Assembly (NCBI GenBank): GCA_964538435.1
Contig: CAZIDX010000008.1
Span: 1 to 60,909 of the forward strand
Length of the DNA stretch: 60,909 bases
DNA from: an uncultured Gammaproteobacteria bacterium
Lineage (GTDB): Bacteria > Patescibacteriota > Patescibacteriia > UBA9934 > GWF2-40-263
Direction of reading: 5' to 3'
Below, in pieces: positions 41,141 through 50,210 of this stretch (positions within the stretch are counted from its first letter, which is position 1; the number at the start of each line of letters is the position of its first letter). Position numbers and translations under genes: made by a program. The notes under the pieces were generated by a model. The model made no database searches and had not been told where the DNA came from. It was given only the letters and a program-made list of their open reading frames with translations.

Positions 41141-44100
41141 ATGAGTTACAACCACCAAGAGATTGAAAAGAAATGGCAGGATCGTTGGTTTTCAACCGAC
41201 GTCTTTCACGCCAAGAACGACTCTGATAAAGAGAAGTTTTATTGCTTGATTGAGTTCCCATACCCATCGGGGGCTGGCCTGCACGCTGGGCACCCACGAA
41301 GCTACACAGCGCTCGACGTGGTTGCGCGCAAGCAGCGTCATCTTGGCAAGAACGTTCTCTATCCAATTGGATGGGATGCGTTTGGGCTTCCAACAGAAAA
41401 CTACGCCATCAAGACCGGACGTAAGCCGCAGGATATTACAAAAGAAAATACAGACAAATTCCGTGAGCAGCTTAAGGGTCTTGGAATCTCTTTTGATTGG
41501 TCGCGCGAGATCAACACCACAGACCCGGAATACTACAAGTGGACGCAGTGGATGTTCCTTGAGTTTTTCAAAGCAGGCCTCACGTACAAATCAAATCTTG
41601 CTATCAACTGGTGTCTCTCTTGCAAGATTGGGCTTGCAAACGAAGAAGTGGTAAACGGTGCCTGTGAGCGCTGTGGTGGGGAAGTAGAAAAGCGGGACAA
41701 AGAGCAATGGATGATTGAGATCACAAAATACGCCGAGGAGCTTCTATCAGGACTCGATGAGGTCAATTATCTTGAAAAGATTAAAACGCAGCAACGCAAC
41801 TGGATCGGAAAGAGCGAAGGAGCCATGGTGGACTTCGAGGTTGCTGACCCACTGGGGCCTGTCACACCAGTGATCCGAGTGTTCACCACACGCCCAGACA
41901 CACTTTTTGGTGCAACCTACATGGTGCTCGCTCCAGAGCACGAGCTGGTTGAGCAGATTACGAGCAGTGAAAAGATGGGAGAGGTGAGCGAGTACGTCAA
42001 AGAAGCAAAAGCAAAAGCAGATATTGACCGAACGAACGACGAGAAAGAAAAAACAGGAGTCTTCACGGGTAGCTATGCAATCAACCCAGTCAATGGAGAA
42101 AAGATTCCAATCTGGGTAGCTGACTACGTAATGATGGGCTACGGAACAGGAGCCATCATGGCCGTCCCAGCCCACGACGAGAGGGACTTTGCATTTGCGA
42201 CCAAGTACGAGATCCCAATCATCAAGGTGGTTGAGCCTCCAGTGCTCCAGAACGTTATCAACCCAGACATCGGCATCGCCCACGCCATGCAGTCTGACAT
42301 CAAGATCGAACATGAATGCTACACAGGCGAAGGAAAGGCGATTAACTCTGGAGAGTTCAACGGACGTTCAACCGAAGAGTTCAAGACCGCCATCACAAAA
42401 TGGCTCGAAGAAAAAGAACTCGGAAAAGCCGCAACAAACTACAAGCTCCGAGACTGGGTCTTCTCCCGCCAGCGCTACTGGGGTGAGCCAATCCCGCTTG
42501 TGTACTGCCAGGCATGTCACAATAAGACAATTGAAAGAGATAATGTTGTAATCTTTCACGGCTGGGAAGACACATCCGAGCACACATTCATCCCAGGGCT
42601 CCGAGAAGAGCTCGAGAAAAAGAACTACAACACCCACGCCTTTGACGCTCCAAATCCAATGGAGCCGAATTTTGATGAGTGGTGGAAGTTTGCAAACGAA
42701 AAACTCGAAGGAATCAACACAGAAAACCTCGTACTCGTCGGTCACAGCATGGGTGGTGGGCTTGCGTGTAAGCTCGCAGAGAAATACAAAGTCAAAAAAC
42801 TTGTTCTTGTAGCTCCGGTTGGGTTCAAAGGTTCAGATGAGTACTTTGCTCAGTTCAAAGATGAGCTCACAGAGGATGAAATGAACACCTTTCGCTCTTA
42901 CATGGACCGAGAACTTGATATTAAAAAAGTGAAAGAGAACGTTGATGAAATCACTGTTATCTTTGGAGAGGATGACAAGTGGATCTCAAAGGAAGTTCAG
43001 GATTTCTACAAAACAAACTTTGGTGACGTGGCACAGATTGTCACCTGGCCAGGTGTAGGTCATATGGGGGGAGAAGAAGGAGCCAAGTTTGCTACAAGAA
43101 TCTCAAAGTATTTTGACACAAAAGACTTCTCAGGCTGGATCCCAGTTCCAGAAGCCGAGCTTCCTGTCACGCTCCCAGACGTAGAAAAGTACGAGCCAAC
43201 AGATTCAGGCGAGTCTCCGCTTGCAGTCATCGAGGACTGGGTGAATACAACCTGTCCTGAGTGTTCAGGGCCAGCCAAGCGAGAAACTGACACCATGCCA
43301 AACTGGGCAGGATCAAGCTGGTACTTCCTCGCCTACGCAATGAAACTCACAAACGATTTCAAATTCCCAATGAGCTCGTACGCGGATGTTCTGAAAAAAT
43401 GGATGCCTGTCGATTTCTACAACGGTGGAAACGAACACATCACACTTCACCTTCTTTACTCACGCTTTTGGAACAAGGTGATGCATGATCGTGGTCATGT
43501 GCCAGTGTCAGAGCCTTACAAGCGACGTCATGGTCACGGCCTTGTGCTTGCAGAGGATGGCACGAAGATGAGTAAGTCAAAGGGGAATGGAGTAGATCCA
43601 GATGAAGTCATTCGAGAGTACGGAGCTGATGCGCTGCGCATGTACATCATGTTCATGGGTCCATTTGAAGAACCAGCACCATTTAACATGAGCGGACTCA
43701 TCGGCGTGCGCCGCTTCCTCGACAAAGTCATGCGCTATGTTTCAGATTGGAACGAGAGTGGTGCAGAAGACCTCGGAAAGATTATCGAACCTCACATCAA
43801 AAAGGCTTCAGATGATATTGATAACTTTAGGTTTAACACAGCAGTTTCTAGTTTCATGAAGCTCTTCAACGAGCTCGGCGACAAAGCTTGCACCAAAGAT
43901 CAGCTCAAGCGGATCCTCACCGTGCTTTGCCCATTTGCTCCTCATATCGCAAACGAGTGCTGGGAAATGATCGGGGAGACAGGTCTTGTTGAAGAACAAG
44001 CTTGGCCAGAGTTTGACGAGAGTCTGCTCATCCGCGACACCATCGAAATGGGAGTCCAAGTAAACGGAAAAGTCCGTGCCAGCATCCAGCTTGCTCCAGA

Positions 44101-44227
44101 CGCAAGCGAGGAGGAAGCAAAAAAGATCGCGCTCGCAGAAGAAAATATTCAAAAACATCTTGAAGGCAAAGAGATTGTAAAGATCATCTACGTACCAGGT
44201 CGCATCCTAAACATTGTCGTGAAATAG
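41141..44227 (+). CDS. leuS: Leucyl-tRNA synthetase carrying an inserted alpha/beta-hydrolase domain
   Basis: HIGH (HAGH), KMSKS, CP1 editing domain (TRPDTLFGATYMVLAPEH) and zinc knuckles. The product is 1028 aa because of an insert of about 205 aa at residues ~460-665. Confidence 0.95.
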   Translation: MSYNHQEIEKKWQDRWFSTDVFHAKNDSDKEKFYCLIEFPYPSGAGLHAGHPRSYTALDVVARKQRHLGKNVLYPIGWDAFGLPTENYAIKTGRKPQDITKENTDKFREQLKGLGISFDWSREINTTDPEYYKWTQWMFLEFFKAGLTYKSNLAINWCLSCKIGLANEEVVNGACERCGGEVEKRDKEQWMIEITKYAEELLSGLDEVNYLEKIKTQQRNWIGKSEGAMVDFEVADPLGPVTPVIRVFTTRPDTLFGATYMVLAPEHELVEQITSSEKMGEVSEYVKEAKAKADIDRTNDEKEKTGVFTGSYAINPVNGEKIPIWVADYVMMGYGTGAIMAVPAHDERDFAFATKYEIPIIKVVEPPVLQNVINPDIGIAHAMQSDIKIEHECYTGEGKAINSGEFNGRSTEEFKTAITKWLEEKELGKAATNYKLRDWVFSRQRYWGEPIPLVYCQACHNKTIERDNVVIFHGWEDTSEHTFIPGLREELEKKNYNTHAFDAPNPMEPNFDEWWKFANEKLEGINTENLVLVGHSMGGGLACKLAEKYKVKKLVLVAPVGFKGSDEYFAQFKDELTEDEMNTFRSYMDRELDIKKVKENVDEITVIFGEDDKWISKEVQDFYKTNFGDVAQIVTWPGVGHMGGEEGAKFATRISKYFDTKDFSGWIPVPEAELPVTLPDVEKYEPTDSGESPLAVIEDWVNTTCPECSGPAKRETDTMPNWAGSSWYFLAYAMKLTNDFKFPMSSYADVLKKWMPVDFYNGGNEHITLHLLYSRFWNKVMHDRGHVPVSEPYKRRHGHGLVLAEDGTKMSKSKGNGVDPDEVIREYGADALRMYIMFMGPFEEPAPFNMSGLIGVRRFLDKVMRYVSDWNESGAEDLGKIIEPHIKKASDDIDNFRFNTAVSSFMKLFNELGDKACTKDQLKRILTVLCPFAPHIANECWEMIGETGLVEEQAWPEFDESLLIRDTIEMGVQVNGKVRASIQLAPDASEEEAKKIALAEENIQKHLEGKEIVKIIYVPGRILNIVVK

Positions 44228-44229
44228 TT

Positions 44230-44790
44230 ATGGCGCATTTACCAGAATCAGCAAAAAAGGTCTTCGACGGGATCGTCTTTGATGTCTACCAGTGGGAGCA
44301 AGAGCTCTTTGATGGCACTACAGCAACCTTTGAAATGCTCAGGCGCAACGATGGTGCAGAAGTCATTGCGGTCAAAGACGATAAGATCATGATTCAGATC
44401 CAAGAGCAGCCATACAAACCAGAATTCATATGTCTCCCAAGTGGAAACATCGAGGACGGAGAAGATGCACACACAGGAGCAGCTCGAGAACTGCTTGAAG
44501 AATCAGGTCATGTCTCAGACGACTGGGATCATTACAGCAAAAGAAACCCCTACTCAAAATACGATTGGACCATGCATGTGTTCATCGCACGCAACTGCCG
44601 CTACCAGCAAGAGCCAGAGCTTGATGGGGGAGAGAAGATCAAAGTTGAGTGGGTAACATTCGACGAACTTGTCGATCTCGTGGACTCAGGAAAGATGAAC
44701 AGAATCGAGCAAGAGCTAAGAGCACAGCTCATCCGCGCCAAGTATCACAAGCCAAGCTATGACGCGCTCAAGAAACGCATTTTCGGATAG
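44230..44790 (+). CDS. Nudix hydrolase
   Basis: Nudix box GNIEDGEDAHTGAARELLEESG. The start lies 2 nt after the leuS stop. Confidence 0.85.
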   Translation: MAHLPESAKKVFDGIVFDVYQWEQELFDGTTATFEMLRRNDGAEVIAVKDDKIMIQIQEQPYKPEFICLPSGNIEDGEDAHTGAARELLEESGHVSDDWDHYSKRNPYSKYDWTMHVFIARNCRYQQEPELDGGEKIKVEWVTFDELVDLVDSGKMNRIEQELRAQLIRAKYHKPSYDALKKRIFG

Positions 44791-44808
44791 GTTTCCACAA
44801 GCGTATCA

Positions 44809-44836
44809 TTGACAACAAACACGAGTCATGTACGAT
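44809..44836 (+). promoter_or_regulatory. Promoter of a short transcript
   Basis: TTGACA (44809-14), 16 nt spacer, TACGAT(AAT) (44831-39). Confidence 0.45.
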
Positions 44837-44844
44837 AATCACAG

Positions 44845-44922
44845 ACGAGTGAGGTAAGAAATTACTTCCATATCTCGGTGTCCCAAAACTCCCCAAACAA
44901 CTTTTTGTTGTGGGGAGTTTTT
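44845..44922 (+). ncRNA. Candidate small RNA (~80 nt) ending at a strong terminator
   Basis: The promoter at 44809 is followed by an 11-bp terminator stem aaaactcccca / tggggagtttt (44885-44895 / 44911-44921). No ORF with an SD lies between them. Confidence 0.35.
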
Positions 44923-44963
44923 GGTCATCCCGGGCCACGGGCCTGTGGAGGTAATATGATTTA

Positions 44964-45100
44964 GCCGCCTCAAAAACTCGATGAGATTACCTTGAACGGG
45001 CTGGCAATCGCCGAGTCGTACTGGAACGTACGTCGAGGTGATGCCTGGGTGCCCGTGAAAGGTAAGATCGTGAGTTTTTAGGTGGCCGGTTTGCTGTTTT
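44964..45100 (+). ncRNA. Candidate rod-like structured RNA (123-nt imperfect hairpin plus U-rich tail) upstream of ugd
   Basis: Hand-folded helices are 44964-79/45072-86 (15 bp, one bulge), 44996-45001/45051-56, 45003-12/45037-45 and 45017-21/45028-32 with a tggaac loop. The tail is cggtttgctgtttt. Confidence 0.35.
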
Positions 45101-45127
45101 CAGTCAATTTGCTAAAGTTCTATTCCT

Positions 45128-46444
45128 ATGAACCTCGTCATTATTGGAACCGGATACGTTGGGCTCACAACAGGAGTCGGATACGCCACACTTGGGCACA
45201 AAGTGGCTTGCGTTGATATTGATTCAAGCAAGATCGCCAAGCTCGACATGGGCCAAGTGCCGTTTTTCGAGCCTGGTGTGCAAGAAGCCCTCAGCGACCT
45301 TCAAGAGCAGGGAAGAATCGTTTTCACCACTGATCTTAAGGGGGTTATCAATCAGGCCGACGTAATCATGATCGGTGTAGGCACGCCACCAAAGAGCACA
45401 GGAGAGGCAGACCTCTCAGCGGTGTTTAAGGTGGCAGAGCAGATTGGAAAGCTTCTCGAGCACGAGGCAGTGATCGCAATCAAGAGCACGGTACCAGTTG
45501 GAACCAACCGCAAGGCACTTGGCATCATCAGGGAGAATCTCAAAGCTTCAGGTCGCGGTGCGCTCACAAGCCTGATCAACATCGTCTCACTCCCAGAGTT
45601 CCTTCGAGAGGGAACAGCACTCAAGGATTTCCTTGAGCCTGACCGTATCGTGATTGGATCAGACGACGAGGTTGCTGCGCAAACCATCGACAAGCTCCAC
45701 GAAAAAGTGAATGCCCCGCGCGTGCACACAACCATCGAGAGTGCAGAGCTCACCAAGTACGCTGCAAACGCCTTTCTTGCAACAAAGATTTCCTTTATTA
45801 ACGAAATTGCCAACCTGGCAGATCGTGTTGGGGCCGATGTACGCGATATTGCAACAGGAATCGGTCTTGACGCGCGCATTGGCCCTCACTTCCTCCGCGC
45901 AGGAATCGGTTACGGAGGCTCGTGCTTTCCAAAAGACGTCTCAGCCCTCGCACAGATCTCAGGCTCAAATGGGTATTCGTTTAAACTCCTCTCATCAGTG
46001 ATCGAGGTTAACAACCGCCAGCGCGACATGTTTTTTGCAAACATTCAACAAGTGCTCGGCCGGATCAAAGGGCGTCGCATTGCGGTCTGGGGACTTTCGT
46101 TCAAACCAAACACAGACGATGTTCGAGAATCAGCTGCAATTGATATCACGCAGCGTCTTATTGCGCATGGTGCAGAAGTGGTTGCTTATGACCCAGAAGG
46201 CATGGAGAGTGCAAAAAAGATTCTTCCAGACTCGGTCCAGTTCGCTCCAACCGCCGTTGATGCAACAGCTGGAGCTGAGGCGCTTGTTGTGCTAACAGAA
46301 TGGTCTGAGTTTCAAGATGTTTCGTTCGATACAGTAAAATCACGAATGCTTGAGCCGATTATTTTTGACGGACGCAATCATCTAGCAAACCTGAGACTCG
46401 ACCAAAAAGGATTTGCCTACTTTGGCGTAGGGCTATGCCTCTAG
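45128..46444 (+). CDS. ugd: UDP-glucose 6-dehydrogenase
   Basis: N-terminal IIGTGYVG Rossmann motif, catalytic GGSCFPKD and the UDPG_MGDP_dh C-terminal domain. Confidence 0.9.
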   Translation: MNLVIIGTGYVGLTTGVGYATLGHKVACVDIDSSKIAKLDMGQVPFFEPGVQEALSDLQEQGRIVFTTDLKGVINQADVIMIGVGTPPKSTGEADLSAVFKVAEQIGKLLEHEAVIAIKSTVPVGTNRKALGIIRENLKASGRGALTSLINIVSLPEFLREGTALKDFLEPDRIVIGSDDEVAAQTIDKLHEKVNAPRVHTTIESAELTKYAANAFLATKISFINEIANLADRVGADVRDIATGIGLDARIGPHFLRAGIGYGGSCFPKDVSALAQISGSNGYSFKLLSSVIEVNNRQRDMFFANIQQVLGRIKGRRIAVWGLSFKPNTDDVRESAAIDITQRLIAHGAEVVAYDPEGMESAKKILPDSVQFAPTAVDATAGAEALVVLTEWSEFQDVSFDTVKSRMLEPIIFDGRNHLANLRLDQKGFAYFGVGLCL

Positions 46445-47913
46445 ACAGAATCCGCTTATCACCATCAAAAACACTCGCCGCATTTTTGGCGGTGTTTTGT
46501 TTTGGAATCCTGCTCGGTGGATTCACAAACACGCTCGCAACCTCAACAGGGCTGCTACTCATCTTGATCCCCTTTGGGCTCGGACTGCTCACACCAAACA
46601 ACAGACACAAGTTTGTTCTGTTGCTCCTGGCAATGCTCATGCTCGGTGTCTTCCGCCACTATCAAGCTCTGCTCCCACCAAATATCCCAACCGTCGCTGA
46701 TCACACTGGAGTTCCTGTTCGTGTGGAGGGGGTTGTTGCTGCGGAGGTTGAGTCTCGAGAAAATAACCAGCGCGTGATTATCGATAGTGTGAGAGTGGTT
46801 GATGAATCAGTGGATGGAAAGGTGTTGGTTCAGCTCCCGCTCTACCCAGCCGCAAGCTACAATGACACACTTGTGTTCAGCTGCGCACTCGAGAAACCTG
46901 AACCATTTAATGGTTTCGCTTACGATCGCTACCTGGCCACACAAGGTATTCTTGCAACCTGTCCGTTCCCTCAATTTGCAGATGTGATCGAGTCAGACAA
47001 ATTCTCTGTTGTTGGTTCTATTCTCGCGATAAAATCATTTCTTCTAGATAAACTCGATCAGCTCGTCCCAGAACCACATTCAAGCTTTCTCTCAGGCCTG
47101 CTCTTTGGTGGAAACTCATCGCTCAGCACTGATCTCAAAGATGATTTCTCACGCACAGGAACCTCTCACATTCTCGCAGCCTCGGGTTTTAATGTGTCAT
47201 TATTCTCACTTGTCTTTTTGGGTTGGATCCTGCAGACGCCTCTTGGCCGAAAACGCGGCCTCGCTCTCACTGGGCTACTTCTTGTGATTTACACCATCAC
47301 AGCCGGAGCAACACCTGCAGTCATCCGCGCAGCTATCATGGGATTCCTTGTGCTCATCGAGCGCTGGATTTCACGAAAGGCACTCATGACAAATGTGATC
47401 CTGCTCGCGCTCTCGCTCATGCTGCTCACAAACCCACTACTCCTGCTCTCAGACGTTGGGTTCCAGCTCTCATTTGTGGCAACAACCGCGCTTCTTCTCT
47501 ACACTAAGCCGCTCTCAGAAAAACTTGAATTCATTCCTGCTCGCCTTGGGCTCAGAGAATCCTTCTCTGCTTCTTTGGCAGCGATTATCGCTACACTCCC
47601 AATCGTTATCTACCATTTTGGCCAAGTCTCACTGATCGCACCAATTGCAAACCTGCTCATCCTCCCGCTCGTTCCTTATGCAATCGGATTTGGAATCCTC
47701 GCACTAGCCGTCTCGCTTGCTTCTCTGCTGATAGGCACGGTCTTTGCTGCACCTGCATGGGCGCTCTCGCTCATCATGCTCTGGATCCTCACGGTCCTTG
47801 GGTCAATTGATTTGTTCGTGCTCTCAATCGAGTTTGTTCCAATCGTGGTTGTCTGCAGTCTGCTCGCACCAGCTCTCCTTGAGATTCTCCGTCGCAAATA
47901 TGCCCACTCATAG
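46435..47913 (+). CDS. comEC: ComEC/Rec2 DNA-uptake channel, N-terminal OB plus competence (multi-TM) part
   Basis: DUF4131-like VRVEGVVAAEV...VIIDSVRV followed by a polytopic competence domain (GTSHILAASGFNV). It overlaps the ugd stop by 10 nt. Confidence 0.8.
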   Translation: MPLDRIRLSPSKTLAAFLAVFCFGILLGGFTNTLATSTGLLLILIPFGLGLLTPNNRHKFVLLLLAMLMLGVFRHYQALLPPNIPTVADHTGVPVRVEGVVAAEVESRENNQRVIIDSVRVVDESVDGKVLVQLPLYPAASYNDTLVFSCALEKPEPFNGFAYDRYLATQGILATCPFPQFADVIESDKFSVVGSILAIKSFLLDKLDQLVPEPHSSFLSGLLFGGNSSLSTDLKDDFSRTGTSHILAASGFNVSLFSLVFLGWILQTPLGRKRGLALTGLLLVIYTITAGATPAVIRAAIMGFLVLIERWISRKALMTNVILLALSLMLLTNPLLLLSDVGFQLSFVATTALLLYTKPLSEKLEFIPARLGLRESFSASLAAIIATLPIVIYHFGQVSLIAPIANLLILPLVPYAIGFGILALAVSLASLLIGTVFAAPAWALSLIMLWILTVLGSIDLFVLSIEFVPIVVVCSLLAPALLEILRRKYAHS

Positions 47914-48808
47914 AGCAAGACCACGCAAGATGCCAAGCAAACAACTTGAGCGTGCACTCATTGCTCTTCTTGGAATCACACTAGCACTCTTAATCACATT
48001 TTTTTCTTCGCATGGAATCAGGCGATTGGATGATCAGACCATGCAGATCTGGTTCTTTGATGTGGGGCAGGGGGATGCAACGTTTATTGTCACACCAAAC
48101 GGCAAGCAGATTCTCGTTGATGCAGGCCCAAACAAAGGTGTGCTCTCAAAGCTTGGTCAGATCATGCCGTTTTGGGACCGCTCAATTGATGCAATCGTGC
48201 TCACACACCCAGACGCAGACCACATCACAGGTTTTGCTCAGGTGCTTGAACGTTATGAGGTTCACTCTGTGATCGAGTCAGGGCAAGAGGCCACCACAAG
48301 CATTGCTCGTGAAGTGGATCAGGCAATTGAAAACGAAAACGCGCACCACAATCTTGTGAGCGCAGGCGACAGCTTCGTATTCGATGAAGTTCTCTTTGAG
48401 GTTATCTGGCCCAATGCTCTCGAAGAAGGGGAGGTGGTTAAAGATCGAAACGAGCAGTCTGTTGTTTTGCGCGTGACATACGGCGAGACAACGGTGTTGC
48501 TCACAGGAGACATTGAAGAATCAACTGAACTTCAAATCCTTGATGATCTGCGACCTGTTGATGTGCTCAAAGCCGGTCATCACGGATCAGTTACATCAAG
48601 CTCGCCAGAATTTATCTCCGTCACACACCCGCGCGACACCATTATTTCCTGCGGTATAGATAATCGATATGGCCACCCACACCCCATCGTAATTGAGCGC
48701 ATAGAGGGGGTTGAATCAGAGATTTGGCGAACGGACACAGATGGAGACATTCTACTTTCATCAGATGGGGGAGAACCTACATTGCGCGCAGCACCCTTGA
48801 TGTTTTAG
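47900..48808 (+). CDS. comEC: ComEC C-terminal metallo-beta-lactamase domain encoded as a separate overlapping ORF
   Basis: ATG at 47900 overlaps the upstream TAG (47911-13) in a different frame. One TM helix, then FFDVGQGDA, THPDADHITG and KAGHHGS motifs. Confidence 0.75.
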   Translation: MPTHRARPRKMPSKQLERALIALLGITLALLITFFSSHGIRRLDDQTMQIWFFDVGQGDATFIVTPNGKQILVDAGPNKGVLSKLGQIMPFWDRSIDAIVLTHPDADHITGFAQVLERYEVHSVIESGQEATTSIAREVDQAIENENAHHNLVSAGDSFVFDEVLFEVIWPNALEEGEVVKDRNEQSVVLRVTYGETTVLLTGDIEESTELQILDDLRPVDVLKAGHHGSVTSSSPEFISVTHPRDTIISCGIDNRYGHPHPIVIERIEGVESEIWRTDTDGDILLSSDGGEPTLRAAPLMF

Positions 48809-48849
48809 TCTGGCTATGGTATTTTTTGGGCGAAAATAATCACCAAATT

Positions 48850-49317
48850 ATGTCACAGACACAAAAGACCCTTGTCCTTCTCAAGCCAGACGCACTTCAG
48901 CGTGATTTGCTTGGACAGATCGTTGATCGATTCGAGCGAAAAGGAATGAAGATCGTTGGAATGAAGTTTATCCGACTCGACGACAACTTGCTCGACGAGC
49001 ACTACTCCCATCTCTCAGACAAGCCATTCTTCGACTCCCTCAAGCAGTTCATGATGCAAACACCAGTCGTGGGAATGGTGCTCGAAGGATTCGATGCAGT
49101 AGCAGAAGTTCGAAAAGTCGTTGGATCAACCAACCCACGAGAAGCAGATGCTGGAACAATCCGCGCTGACTTCTCAATGAACATGCCATCAAATCTCATC
49201 CACGCCTCAGACTCAGAAGAGACAGCAGCAGCAGAGCTCGAGCGCTTCTTCCTTCCAGAAGAAATCTTCAACTACGAGAAAATCACAGACCGATACATTT
49301 TCGGTGAAGGAGTCTAA
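48850..49317 (+). CDS. ndk: Nucleoside diphosphate kinase
   Basis: ATG at 48850 (MSQTQKTLVLLKPDA). Active-site NLIHASDS. Confidence 0.9.
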   Translation: MSQTQKTLVLLKPDALQRDLLGQIVDRFERKGMKIVGMKFIRLDDNLLDEHYSHLSDKPFFDSLKQFMMQTPVVGMVLEGFDAVAEVRKVVGSTNPREADAGTIRADFSMNMPSNLIHASDSEETAAAELERFFLPEEIFNYEKITDRYIFGEGV

Positions 49318-49442
49318 GTTCAAAAAGAAAACTCGCCCATAACGGACGAGTTTTTGGTTTACCCTTTGACGATCTTGTGATTGTTTGATAGCCTGGGCCA
49401 TGCATTTCGCCACAACGACAACCAGAGGGGTATTCCGCGAAA

Positions 49443-49979
49443 ATGGCATCGACAAGAAAGAAGTTGGAAGACGTCTACTCAGGCCTGTCACCGGCAGCAA
49501 GAGCCTGGCTACTCAACGGCAAGATCACGCTCAAGGACGCTGAGCTCATCACAGAGGAGGAGATGAGTGAGCAAGAAGCCCTCGAGTGGATTCAGCGGTT
49601 CCGGATCAACAAGCGGTGGATCTGGGATCAGTGTGCATGCATCAAGGCGATCACGGACTTGTCCGGGCTCATCGATGATATTCTCGCCTACGAGGCGGTC
49701 AACGCGTTCTCCACAGAACAGTTCCTCATCGGAGATCTCACGCTCGAGCAGATGCGATATGCCTGCCTGAAGATGATGGGGCGCCGCAGTGTGCGCATGT
49801 TCACCCTGCTCAACTACCCAGGCATGGTGCAAGAGCGCCGCAACCTCGCTTACGATGCTCGCCGCAAAGCAGCCAAGCGTCGACCTGTACGTGCCAAGAG
49901 CAGCTCCAGGCAATGGGATCACTTCCTGCGTCACCACCACACCCAGGTTCGGGTGGGAGACACCGCGATCTTCATCTGA
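49443..49979 (+). CDS. Hypothetical 178-aa protein (GC-rich islet gene)
   Basis: Candidate promoter TTGACG-17-TAGCCT (49366-49394). A terminator cccgcaa...ttgcggg follows the stop. I recognise no domain. Confidence 0.45.
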   Translation: MASTRKKLEDVYSGLSPAARAWLLNGKITLKDAELITEEEMSEQEALEWIQRFRINKRWIWDQCACIKAITDLSGLIDDILAYEAVNAFSTEQFLIGDLTLEQMRYACLKMMGRRSVRMFTLLNYPGMVQERRNLAYDARRKAAKRRPVRAKSSSRQWDHFLRHHHTQVRVGDTAIFI

Positions 49980-50036
49980 TCACCGCTCCACGCGCCCGCA
50001 AGCTACGGTTTGCGGGCTTTCTCATCCACAAATTTT

Positions 50037-50065
50037 TTGACAGAAAAAACAATCACTGATAACCT
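50037..50065 (+). promoter_or_regulatory. Promoter of the 50211 GNAT gene (long leader)
   Basis: TTGACA (50037-42), 17 nt spacer, TAACCT (50060-65). Confidence 0.5.
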
Positions 50066-50168
50066 AAATACAGCGTATGACAATGCATTCAAACACATTT
50101 TTCTTTAGCTTCTTCTTCCGCTAAGCGGGGTGTGTTTGTCATAGTCTAAGCGAAACGCTAGAAAGACC

Positions 50169-50196
50169 AACCGCCTCCAAGCGGTTGTTTTGTTTG
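50169..50196 (+). terminator. Terminator-like TCCAA-loop hairpin inside the 5' leader of the GNAT gene (possible attenuator)
   Basis: aaccgc-cTCCAA-gcggtt followed by gttttgtttg. It ends 15 nt before the GTG start at 50211. Confidence 0.45.
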
Positions 50197-50210
50197 TCAC
50201 TGGAGGATAC

